64,000 nt of DNA from a virus (taxonomy: Duplodnaviria; Caudoviricetes). This document shows positions 28,647 to 38,037 of this stretch, piece after piece (the first letter of the stretch is position 1; the number at the start of each line of letters is the position of its first letter). The translations under genes were made by a program, and so were the position numbers. Location: positions 1,249-65,248 of the IMG/VR virus record IMGVR_UViG_3300033064_005393. One strand, 5' to 3'. The notes beneath the pieces were generated by a model. That model searched no databases. It was not told the origin of the DNA and saw only the letters and a list, made by a program, of their open reading frames with translations.

Positions 28647-29504
28647 ATGTCTTTACGTAAAACAGTTAAAAGTGTTCTTACGGAACGTTTTTTATCTGAG
28701 GGATTTACCCAAGAGGGTAGTCCTGATATGAAATACTATGCTTTTGATTGGGATGATAATATCGTCACAATGCCAACTCAAATTGTGGTCTTAACAGACA
28801 AAGAGGAAGAGATAGGTATGTCTACAGAAGATTTTGCAGAACACAGAAACGATATCGGAAAAAAACCTTTTGAATATAAGGGTAAAATGATTATTGGTTA
28901 TGCACCAAACCCTTACAGACACTTTACGGAACAGGGTGATAAAAATTTTATTGTCGATGCGATGTTGGCAAAACTTGGACCGTCTTGGGATGATTTCAGA
29001 GAAGCTGTAAACGGAGGATCTATTTTTTCAATTATTACGGCTAGAGGTCACAACCCTGAAACACTTAAACAAGGTGTCTACAATTATATCATTAATGGAT
29101 TCGGTGGGATTAACAAAGAAGAACTTGTAAGAAATCTGAAAAGGTATCGTGAGTTTGCAAATGAAGACACAATATCAGATGAAGAAATAATACAACAATA
29201 TTTGGAATTTTTGAAATTCTACCCTGTGACTTATGGTGAAGGTAGTGCTGCAAGTCCTGAAGAAGGAAAAATTAAAGCTCTAAGAGAATTTATTGATTAC
29301 GTTCGAAATATGTCAGAAAAACTTGGTCAAGGAAAAGTTTTTTTCAAAAATGATGTAAAAAACAAATTTGTACCACAGATCGGTTTTTCAGATGACGATC
29401 CCAGTAATATAGATTCTATTAAAAGCTTCTTAGAAAAAGAATATGGTAAAGAAAATCCAGTAAAAACTTATTTAACTAAAGGAGGAGAAAAAATAGAAGT
29501 TTAA
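28647..29504 (+). CDS. HAD-superfamily hydrolase with an N-terminal pro-peptide-like leader
   Basis: FDWDDN (motif I), IITARGH (II), K (III), GFSDDD (IV). Confidence 0.75.
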   Translation: MSLRKTVKSVLTERFLSEGFTQEGSPDMKYYAFDWDDNIVTMPTQIVVLTDKEEEIGMSTEDFAEHRNDIGKKPFEYKGKMIIGYAPNPYRHFTEQGDKNFIVDAMLAKLGPSWDDFREAVNGGSIFSIITARGHNPETLKQGVYNYIINGFGGINKEELVRNLKRYREFANEDTISDEEIIQQYLEFLKFYPVTYGEGSAASPEEGKIKALREFIDYVRNMSEKLGQGKVFFKNDVKNKFVPQIGFSDDDPSNIDSIKSFLEKEYGKENPVKTYLTKGGEKIEV

Positions 29505-29608
29505 AAATTCTAGATAGTTATAGAGTAATAAACAAAATCAAATTTAAAGTAAATAGAAAAACTTTTTACGATATATTTATAAACAAATAAAAGAAAAAAA
29601 ATACAACA

Positions 29609-30097
29609 ATGGCGGACTTATTAATGAAAATGCCCATACCTTACGAACCTAAAAGGAAAAATAGATTTATATTATCTTTCCCATCTTCGTTGGGTATCAA
29701 CTCTTGGTATGTAGAATCTACATCAAGACCTTCAGTAAGCATTGGAGCTACTGAAATTCCATTCTTGAACACATCTACCTATGTTGCTGGTAGATTTGTT
29801 TGGAATACAATTACCGTAACTTTCCGTGACCCAATCGGGCCATCTGCTGCTCAGGCGCTTATGGAATGGGTACGTCTACACGCAGAATCTGTAACTGGTC
29901 GTATGGGATATGCTGCGGGTTATAAAAAAGATTTGGACTTAGAATTACTTGACCCAACAGGTGTTGCCGTTGAAAAGTGGATTCTACAAGGAACCTTCTT
30001 AACCGAGGTGAACTTTGATTCTTTAGGTTATAGTGAAGACGGGTTGGCAACAATCACAGCAACACTTCGCCCCGATAGATGTATATTAGTTTACTAA
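29609..30097 (+). CDS. Tail tube protein (gp19-like)
   Basis: EPKR.NRF, RPS, YVAGR..W..IT.TF.D, W...G, YKKD and EKW.L.G.F motifs; 162 aa. Confidence 0.93.
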   Translation: MADLLMKMPIPYEPKRKNRFILSFPSSLGINSWYVESTSRPSVSIGATEIPFLNTSTYVAGRFVWNTITVTFRDPIGPSAAQALMEWVRLHAESVTGRMGYAAGYKKDLDLELLDPTGVAVEKWILQGTFLTEVNFDSLGYSEDGLATITATLRPDRCILVY

Positions 30098-30130
30098 GAA
30101 ATCTTTATTAAAAATAAGTCTGTATTATAT

Positions 30131-30165
30131 TTAACCATAGGTAACCCCTATGGTTAATTTTTTTT
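30131..30165 (+). terminator. Intrinsic terminator after the tube gene
   Basis: TTAACCATAGG-TAACC-CCTATGGTTAA followed by T8, ending right at the next ATG. Confidence 0.75.
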
Positions 30166-30918
30166 ATGGATACATCACAACAATACGGACAATCTGACTT
30201 TAATCTACCACACGATGTGGTAGTGTTACCTTCAAAAGGTAAATTATACAAGAATAAAAAATCGGCACTAAAAGTCGGGTATTTAACTGCTCAGGATGAG
30301 AACATCCTTATAGGACAAGTTAATTCAGATATGATTATTTCAAATTTATTGAGAAATAAAATATATGAACCTGGATTCAATGTTGATGAATTAATAGACG
30401 GGGACGTTCAAGCAATTCTCATTTTTTTGAGAAATACTGCATTTGGACCTGACTATACATTTCTTATCAAAGATCCAAAAACTGGAAAGGACTTTGAGGC
30501 TATTGTAAGATTGGATGAGTTGGATATTGAAAAACCAATTCACGAACCTGATGAAGAAGGATTATTTACTACCCAATTGCCAAAATCAAATGTAGGTGTT
30601 AAATGTAAGGTTTTGACTATGGCAGATCAAAGAGAAATTGAAAAAATGACAAAGTCATACCCGAATGGAATGACAGTACCTGTTATCACTAAAAGATTGG
30701 AAATGATGATTGTCGAAATAGATGGAGATAGGACTAGAGAAAAAATATCTTCATTTATCAATCAAATGCCGATATCGGATTCAAAACACGTAAGAACTTT
30801 CATTGCTCAGTGTGAACCTAAATTGAATTTAACAAGAAAAGTAACAGCCCCGTCAGGAGATTCCCTCGAAGTATCGATAGGGTTTGGGGCTGAGTTTTTT
30901 CGGCCTTTCTATTTCTAA
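30166..30918 (+). CDS. Baseplate-hub/tail assembly chaperone (gp26-like)
   Basis: LPSKG..Y, LTA.DE.IL, GD..AIL..LR...FG..Y, a second LP repeat and an ..FFRP end; located between tube and tape measure. Confidence 0.75.
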   Translation: MDTSQQYGQSDFNLPHDVVVLPSKGKLYKNKKSALKVGYLTAQDENILIGQVNSDMIISNLLRNKIYEPGFNVDELIDGDVQAILIFLRNTAFGPDYTFLIKDPKTGKDFEAIVRLDELDIEKPIHEPDEEGLFTTQLPKSNVGVKCKVLTMADQREIEKMTKSYPNGMTVPVITKRLEMMIVEIDGDRTREKISSFINQMPISDSKHVRTFIAQCEPKLNLTRKVTAPSGDSLEVSIGFGAEFFRPFYF

Positions 30919-31060
30919 CAGAAAAGATATTTTAGACGAAATTTTTTATTTGACAAAACTGATAGGTTTCTCCTATACAGAGGTTTTGAATATGCCAACT
31001 TTTGAAAGAAAATATTTTATTGACAAGTTGATTAGTGATTTGGAGAAACAACAAAAATAA
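30902..31060 (+). CDS. gp51-like second chaperone segment, probably reached by +1 frameshift; not in the ORF track
   Basis: Frame +1 reads GLSISNRKDILDEIFYLTKLIGFSYTEVLNMPTFERKYFIDKLISDLEKQQK*; the only ATG lies inside the conserved motif. Confidence 0.7.
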   Translation, partial: GLSISNRKDILDEIFYLTKLIGFSYTEVLNMPTFERKYFIDKLISDLEKQQK

Positions 31061-31089
31061 TACTTTGGTATTTATAGAAAAAAAGAAAA

Positions 31090-32919
31090 ATGTTTTTACA
31101 AGATTCAGGAACTTCCTCTGAAAAGAGTTTTTCAAGTTTAAGTGTATTATTAGGTCAGTTCAAGGAGGCCGCATCTGAGGCGTTAAGTCCAAACAGACTT
31201 GCTGTTAGATATGCACAAATAGAGGATCTTACAAAAAAAACAACTAAAAGTATTTCAGGTATGTTTGGAGCAAGTGCGGACGCGCTCCAAAAGGCTTCTG
31301 TAAAGGCGTACTTGACAACATTAAACATTGGTGCTTCATATGAAGAAGTACTGTCTATTCAACAAGAAATAGCGACACAACAACAAAAAGCATTAAGTTT
31401 AACCGAAGCTGAGGTTAGTGCAGCAGTTGAGTTCTCAAAGGCAACTGGTGTGGCGGCAAAGGATGTCGGTAGTATAGTTTTGGCTTTTGCCGATTTGGGT
31501 CAGTCTACATCTACTGCTTTAGAGAGTATGTCTGGTATGGCGGCAGAGGCACGTAAGTACGGTCTGAATGTGGGACAGTTTATGAGCACTGTTGCTAAAA
31601 ACTTAACTTTAGTAAACGCATATGGATTCAAAAATGGTGTAGAAGGATTTACCAAAATGGTTGCAAGATCACAGGCGCTTAGGATTGATATGGCTCAGAC
31701 AACAAAGTTGGCTGAAAAATTATTGAATCCCGAAGACGCGATTGAGTTGGCAGCAAACTTCCAAATGTTAGGAGGAGCCATAGGAGATCTTGGAGACCCA
31801 TTTAAGCTAATGCATATGGCTCAGAATGATATGGAGGGTCTTCAAGAAGCGGTAGTACAGGCGGCTAAATCATCTGTTATGTTCAACAAAGAAACCGGAT
31901 CATTTAAAATATCCGGTACAGAAATGTACCGTTTAAGGGCTCAAGCAACGGCTCTCGGAATATCTTATGAAGAGTTAGCTAACACTGCGGTAAAAGCCGC
32001 CAAAGAAACGGAAATTTTATCAAGGATAAGATTTTCGGGATTAGACGAAGAAACTCAACAATTAGTTGCTAACTTAGGTGAAATTAAAGACGGACAGGTT
32101 CAAATAAAACTACCCACGATGGATAAGGCCATCACTGATTTTTCTAAGTTACAAGATAAAAATAGTACAGAATTTAAAGCTCTTGAAGAGTATCAAAAAA
32201 GTACTCAAATGTCTGATAGACAGATAGCTGAGAGTCAGTTGTCTGTTTTACAAAATATCAGTAATAGTTTACAAGGATTAAAGGATCTCACGGTAACACA
32301 ACCTAACTTTCAGAAGTTAGGTAAAGAAGCAGCAGAAGGGTTTAAACAAGGTTTTGAAAATGTTGGAGGTAAAATAAAAGGTGTTGCTAAGAATCCTGAG
32401 TATCAAAAAGCCCTTAGTGGTACCACCAATGCTATTACCTCAGGATTTAGTGATGTCTTAAAAGAATTAGGAAAAGGTAATTTTGTTGGTGCCACTTCTG
32501 CTGTTGCTGAAATAGGTACAAAGTTAATAGAAACAACTGGTATTTTAGATATTGTCAACGAAGGACTTAAGAAAGTATCAGATAAGATCAAACAGGGTTT
32601 GCCGATACCATTTAGACAAGGTAATGATAATCTTATGAGTTCATCTAAAAATGCCGTACTTTCGGCACCACAGGGTACATTTAAATTGAATGAAAAAGAA
32701 AAAGTGATTGCGGGTACAAATTTATTTGACAAAGGACAATCACAAATACAAAAATTGGAGTTTGCAAATGCGGCGGAAGTAAGAGTAGGTGGTTCCATTC
32801 AAATAAATGGAATTCAACCTGGAACTATCGGTGATATGTTGTTACGTGATCCTGATTTTCAATCAGGTGTCAAGAATTTGTTCAGTAAGAGTTTCAAAGA
32901 ACAATTGGGAACTGCTTAA
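31090..32919 (+). CDS. Tape measure protein
   Basis: Ala/Gly/Gln-rich predicted helical sequence directly after the chaperone genes. Confidence 0.8.
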   Translation: MFLQDSGTSSEKSFSSLSVLLGQFKEAASEALSPNRLAVRYAQIEDLTKKTTKSISGMFGASADALQKASVKAYLTTLNIGASYEEVLSIQQEIATQQQKALSLTEAEVSAAVEFSKATGVAAKDVGSIVLAFADLGQSTSTALESMSGMAAEARKYGLNVGQFMSTVAKNLTLVNAYGFKNGVEGFTKMVARSQALRIDMAQTTKLAEKLLNPEDAIELAANFQMLGGAIGDLGDPFKLMHMAQNDMEGLQEAVVQAAKSSVMFNKETGSFKISGTEMYRLRAQATALGISYEELANTAVKAAKETEILSRIRFSGLDEETQQLVANLGEIKDGQVQIKLPTMDKAITDFSKLQDKNSTEFKALEEYQKSTQMSDRQIAESQLSVLQNISNSLQGLKDLTVTQPNFQKLGKEAAEGFKQGFENVGGKIKGVAKNPEYQKALSGTTNAITSGFSDVLKELGKGNFVGATSAVAEIGTKLIETTGILDIVNEGLKKVSDKIKQGLPIPFRQGNDNLMSSSKNAVLSAPQGTFKLNEKEKVIAGTNLFDKGQSQIQKLEFANAAEVRVGGSIQINGIQPGTIGDMLLRDPDFQSGVKNLFSKSFKEQLGTA

Positions 32920-32959
32920 AAAATTGGTTGAGTATCTATTTATCAATAAAACCGCATAG

Positions 32960-35900
32960 ATGTCAAGTCCTCTATCATTTAATTCAACAGAAGTATTCAG
33001 AAAGAAACTACTCGTAAGAAACTTAAAGGCTTACGGAAATGGAAACTTTACTGCAAATTCAAATGCGGGAACAACAGAATATAATGTCAACGATTACTCA
33101 GTTGTCGATACTCCGAGTTTAGAAGACACTGGTAGAGTAGAGGCTAAAAACTTATATAAAATTAATGAGTTTGGACCTGAAGGTGGTTATAATAGTTTTG
33201 TTGATGTTAATATTAATCAACAGACCACCGCAAACTTAGGTGAGTTTGATTATGCATCATCTTCACCGTCTAAAACAATACCTCAATCTCAAAAAGATGC
33301 GTTTATTCAAAACGTGTACGGACCCTCAGATGGTTTTAATGATTTAATTTCAATTAATGATGTTCAAAGGATAATTGGTGTAAGAGACACCTATTATAAG
33401 TTTGTTGCTTCAACATATTCACCTGGTAACATTTTATTACAAATTGACCCATTAGGTTCAGACGGATTAGTATCACAAGATTCTGAACTTGCTCAAATAG
33501 CGGCAGCAAGTCTTAAGAGAGAGTTTTTAGCAAGAATTGCACAAGAAACATATGAGGAAACTTTGGGTAGAGCAAACTTTCTACCAGGTAATAATCCAGC
33601 ATATGGTCCTTTAGGTGTTTTAACAGGTAGAGTCCCACTTATAGAACCGAACTGGGAGATATCAGTACCTTCAAGTATTATAGGTAAGGGTTTAAATTTC
33701 ATCAGTAGAATTACTGGTGTTTACTCTCCATTTTCTTGGATACCTGGTGATTACTTTGCGGCTGAAGATAAAAAAAGTTTTCTAAACCAAGCGGCAAACA
33801 AGTTACTTGGTAAATTTTACAAAAAGGGTACTTTAAAGTTACCTGAAAATAGAAGTTCTTCTGATATATTTTTAGCAAATAGTGGTGGTGGAACAAGACA
33901 AACATTGTTCAGAAATTTAACATTCAATGATTACAGACCTGACTATAAAGGTAATTTTATTGGCGAAATTAATTTAGCGGCACCTACAGGAAATTATTAC
34001 GTTGGTAGTAGAACTTCCGATCCAATTGATATCGTATCACCAAACAACGAGTTACCACAAGATAAGGATGGAAATAAAATTCAGACTGCGATTAGAGGTT
34101 ATGGTGAACTTGGTAAGTTGTATGAAAATAACCAACAATTTGGGTTTGGTTTAAATACTACCGCACTTTATGATGACGGTGGACTACAGGGTGGATTTAC
34201 TTGGATAAGTCAACAAAATTCTCCTATCGGTCTTCGATTAGGTCAGGGAGGTCAACCTGAAGGTGAAGATGGTGAATTTAATCAGATTGCAGCAACATTT
34301 CAGGCAGGACAATCAACTAATTATTCTGAAAACTTCAGAGAGGGTTCTATTCTTTACGATACACAGAATCTCATTGATGCAGCAGAAAGATTACAAGGAG
34401 ATGCCAGATTACAACACGTAGGAAATGCCATAAATCAGGTTTCGAAAGTTTTTAATGATGGATATAAAGAACTTACGAAAGGTTCAAGAGTAATTCGTTA
34501 TAGTCAAGACAATGGATATGAAGTTGGGTTTGAATACTGTCGGGTTTTTGCAAAAGACATACCTTACTACACAAACGCTGATTTACAAAAAAGTAGTGGT
34601 AACATTAGGAACTTTGATTACTCCGTTTTATCTAACACATATAATTTAAACATTGCTCCTACATCTGGAAATGAGTCTACTACTTTGGATGTACAAAATG
34701 GTAGAGTAAAAAAATATATGTTTTCATTGGAAAACTTAGCTTGGAGAACTTCTAATCGTGATGGATTTACATTTGAAGATCTACCGACTTGTGAAAAAGG
34801 ACCGAATGGTGGAAGAATTATGTGGTTTCCACCCTATGATTTGGCCGTTTCGGAACAAGTTTCCGCCCGTTGGACTGATACGTCATTTTTAGGTAGACCT
34901 GAACCAATATATACATATAATAATACGACACGAACTGGTAATATATCTTGGACTATTTTGGTAGACAATCCGTCAATTATGAATTTGATAGTGGACAGAG
35001 AATTAGAAAAAATTACACCTGACTCAAAAGTTACAAAAATTATGGACTCCTTTTTTGCTGGTTGTTTGACCTATGATATCTACGAATTAGCAGCAAAGTT
35101 TCCTCAGTTTTCACTAAAAGATATTTATGAAATTGTTGAAACTACTCAGAGTTTGTCCGACTACGAAGAGGCGGTCAATGAAATACCACAGGCAAACCCT
35201 CAAACCGCTCAGTCTTCTTTTACTAGTCAATTGAGTCAGTTTACTAACTTGGCCTTTTATTATGATAATGCACAACCAACGTCTCCAACCAACACGGCAA
35301 TAGCACCAAATGCATTTAATGTATATTATAACAATTACATTACATTACAAGGAACAACATATACGACGCAACCAACAGATGCTCAAAAACAACCAATACA
35401 AAACTTCTTTAACACTGAAATAAAAGGAAGCTTTGATAATACGAACAATTTTTTAATTCAACTTTCAAAAGAATTAAACCAAGGTGCAACTATCAATGTG
35501 TCCATTGCCTCTTCGGCTTCTTCACCTGGTAATGCAAGTGCAAACCAAAAACTTTCTGAAAGACGAGCTGATAGTGTCAAAAAATATATTTTAGGTTACA
35601 ATTTAGGTCCTGATACCAAGTCATTTCAACAATGGAATAACGAAGGTAAATTAAACATCAATATGAATGCCACAGGTGAGTTGACTCAAGTTGGTGGTAC
35701 GGATTGTTCACAAAATTTACCAATACCTGATAACGAATACTCGGTCCAAGCGATGGGATGTAGAAGAGCGTATATATCAAATATTGCGGTTACCCCACCA
35801 GTTAATGAACAACCTGCACCTGACCCTGAAATTATTTCAGAATTAAATCAGGATGTACCAAACACACCACAGACACAACAGACTTTTCTTCAAACAAACG

Positions 35901-37720
35901 TCAAGCCTGATATCGCAAAAAGAGTATTGAGAAGAATATTGAGTGAGTGTAGTTACTTTGAATTAATGAAGGAGGATTCTCCGTTTTTATACAACAGTAT
36001 CAAAGAAAAGATTAAATACTTTCAACCCGCCTTTCACTCAATAACACCAGAAGGTTTAAACTCAAGATTAACGTTCCTTCAACAGTGTATGAGACCTGGT
36101 GACACTATTCCGACAATTCAAAAAGATGAGTCAGGAAGGGTCACAAAAGTTTATAACGATGCATACAACACTGCGTTCGGTGCACCACCCGTTTGTATCC
36201 TTAGGGTTGGTGATTTTTACCATACCAAGATTGTAATTGATAGTTTGGATATCAGATATGAGCCATTTTTGTTGGACTTAAACCCTGAGGGTATTGGAGT
36301 TCAACCGATGTTAGCTAAGGTAAGTATGACATTCAAATTCATCGGAGGACAAGGACTAAAAGAACCTGTAGCTAAATTACAAAACGCATTATCCTTTAAT
36401 TATTATGCTAATACCGAAATGTATGATGAAAGGGCTGACGTAACTGAGGACGTAAAACAAAAGTATAATTCTCAGGTATTACAGGCGATTGAAAATATTA
36501 TCGGATTTTCATCTTCTGATTCGAGAAATCAACAAGGTAGGGAAGGTGGAAATACTATAGGTACCGTAACCTCTGAAGTTATATCAGGTGCCAGTACAGG
36601 TTCAACAATTGATTCAGTTACAGGTCAAATCAATTATAAACAATTTTTTGCAGATTTACTTAACACAACAAAAAATACCACAGGAACGATATTGGGTCAG
36701 TTAGAGGAGGTAAACAACAACTATTATGTTGGTGGTTTAAGAATGTTTACATCGTTGAGATCATATACGAGTGGTACTTTTGGTGGTGGATCTTTATTAG
36801 TGAGTCCACCATTGTTTGGTAAACCTGAAAACTTAGAAACAAAAATTCAAAATTTGTTTCAATTGGCGGTACAGGATGTTGAAAACAACACAAATCCTTA
36901 TTTAGGTAGCGACTTTAATAATCAAAACTTCAAAGAGATTGATATTAAATCTTTCAAGAGAACTATTACTGATTTGATTGTTGCCAAGAGAACAGATTAT
37001 CAACAATTCTTTGATAGTGCGATTCAAACTATGGTAATTGCAGAACAGGATTTGGTTAGATATATTGACAAGACAAACCTTGTTTTAAATGAAAGTGAAG
37101 GTGCGAATACAGGATCCGATGGATATATTTTATCTAAAGGTAGTCCTGTGGTTTATGCTCTGACGGGTACTACACAAGTTGCGCCAACATCAACAGCGGC
37201 TAATACTTTAGCTGAGTTATCTGATGACTATACGACCGTTGGAAACGATTTGACCTCGTTTGCAACTAGTTTGATTCAATACCAAATTGATTTAGACGAC
37301 TTCAACGATTCATTCACTTTTGATTGTTTAGATCCAAGTATTAGCACACCTGCTCAAGTTAGATTTTTTATGATTTTTGCAAAAGAGATTGTGGAAAACA
37401 GTGAAGAATTTTTGGTTAAGTTGACAAGAGGAGGTACACTTGAATCTATGGTTGATTATCTTAGAAATGTGACTAACAATTTAAAAAAAGATTATATAGA
37501 TTCTAAAAAAGTCTCAGACAAATATTTTGTGGACTTCAAACAAAAATATTATGAAAAAACTTTTTCATCAAATTACGGAAAAAACCTGGCGGATAAACAA
37601 AGAAACTTTGATTTTAGTAAAGTTGACAATCCTACCATAGGTGAAAATCTTCAAAACTTATATGCTAACAAAAATCAGGGTCCAAAAACCGATTACAATC
37701 AAAAAGTTAAATTTAACTAA
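32960..37720 (+). CDS. Large baseplate/tube-initiator protein containing an OmpA-like peptidoglycan-binding domain
   Basis: W....FLGRPEPIYTY..T.R and PP...LR.GD tube-initiator-like motifs flank SASSPG..N.KLSERRA.SV...CRR. Confidence 0.7.
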   Translation: MSSPLSFNSTEVFRKKLLVRNLKAYGNGNFTANSNAGTTEYNVNDYSVVDTPSLEDTGRVEAKNLYKINEFGPEGGYNSFVDVNINQQTTANLGEFDYASSSPSKTIPQSQKDAFIQNVYGPSDGFNDLISINDVQRIIGVRDTYYKFVASTYSPGNILLQIDPLGSDGLVSQDSELAQIAAASLKREFLARIAQETYEETLGRANFLPGNNPAYGPLGVLTGRVPLIEPNWEISVPSSIIGKGLNFISRITGVYSPFSWIPGDYFAAEDKKSFLNQAANKLLGKFYKKGTLKLPENRSSSDIFLANSGGGTRQTLFRNLTFNDYRPDYKGNFIGEINLAAPTGNYYVGSRTSDPIDIVSPNNELPQDKDGNKIQTAIRGYGELGKLYENNQQFGFGLNTTALYDDGGLQGGFTWISQQNSPIGLRLGQGGQPEGEDGEFNQIAATFQAGQSTNYSENFREGSILYDTQNLIDAAERLQGDARLQHVGNAINQVSKVFNDGYKELTKGSRVIRYSQDNGYEVGFEYCRVFAKDIPYYTNADLQKSSGNIRNFDYSVLSNTYNLNIAPTSGNESTTLDVQNGRVKKYMFSLENLAWRTSNRDGFTFEDLPTCEKGPNGGRIMWFPPYDLAVSEQVSARWTDTSFLGRPEPIYTYNNTTRTGNISWTILVDNPSIMNLIVDRELEKITPDSKVTKIMDSFFAGCLTYDIYELAAKFPQFSLKDIYEIVETTQSLSDYEEAVNEIPQANPQTAQSSFTSQLSQFTNLAFYYDNAQPTSPTNTAIAPNAFNVYYNNYITLQGTTYTTQPTDAQKQPIQNFFNTEIKGSFDNTNNFLIQLSKELNQGATINVSIASSASSPGNASANQKLSERRADSVKKYILGYNLGPDTKSFQQWNNEGKLNINMNATGELTQVGGTDCSQNLPIPDNEYSVQAMGCRRAYISNIAVTPPVNEQPAPDPEIISELNQDVPNTPQTQQTFLQTNVKPDIAKRVLRRILSECSYFELMKEDSPFLYNSIKEKIKYFQPAFHSITPEGLNSRLTFLQQCMRPGDTIPTIQKDESGRVTKVYNDAYNTAFGAPPVCILRVGDFYHTKIVIDSLDIRYEPFLLDLNPEGIGVQPMLAKVSMTFKFIGGQGLKEPVAKLQNALSFNYYANTEMYDERADVTEDVKQKYNSQVLQAIENIIGFSSSDSRNQQGREGGNTIGTVTSEVISGASTGSTIDSVTGQINYKQFFADLLNTTKNTTGTILGQLEEVNNNYYVGGLRMFTSLRSYTSGTFGGGSLLVSPPLFGKPENLETKIQNLFQLAVQDVENNTNPYLGSDFNNQNFKEIDIKSFKRTITDLIVAKRTDYQQFFDSAIQTMVIAEQDLVRYIDKTNLVLNESEGANTGSDGYILSKGSPVVYALTGTTQVAPTSTAANTLAELSDDYTTVGNDLTSFATSLIQYQIDLDDFNDSFTFDCLDPSISTPAQVRFFMIFAKEIVENSEEFLVKLTRGGTLESMVDYLRNVTNNLKKDYIDSKKVSDKYFVDFKQKYYEKTFSSNYGKNLADKQRNFDFSKVDNPTIGENLQNLYANKNQGPKTDYNQKVKFN

Positions 37721-38037
37721 TGCAATACTACAATAGATACCAAAACTTTTTATTGAACGGAGAACAGACAGTTGTCCCTTATGTAACTTTACCTACAAAA
37801 CCGACAGACAAAAGATTTATATATCGTCAAGGTAGAAGTAGATTGGACAAGATTAGCCAAGAATATTACGGTACGCCATATTTTGGTTGGTTAATTATGA
37901 TTGCAAATCCTAACTACGGTGGGTTGGAACAAAATATTCCTGACAATACAAAATTGGTTGTACCATTTCCGTTAGTTGCGTCTTTACAAGACTATAAATC
38001 GGCATTAGATAACCATTTCTTGTATTATGGCAGATAA
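37720..38037 (+). CDS. LysM-like/gp53-like baseplate wedge protein
   Basis: RLDKISQEYYG....WLI..ANP.......IP....L.VP. Confidence 0.8.
   Translation: MQYYNRYQNFLLNGEQTVVPYVTLPTKPTDKRFIYRQGRSRLDKISQEYYGTPYFGWLIMIANPNYGGLEQNIPDNTKLVVPFPLVASLQDYKSALDNHFLYYGR

Noticed and set aside
30878-30935. -1 frameshift at GGGTTT or the T run in the chaperone gene
   Set aside because: The -1 frame hits TGA at about 30891 and TAG at about 30933, so it gives no useful extension; only the +1 (or -2) frame is open.
30932-31135. 67-aa minus-strand ORF
   Set aside because: Antisense to the gp51-like segment and the tape-measure start; no recognisable features.
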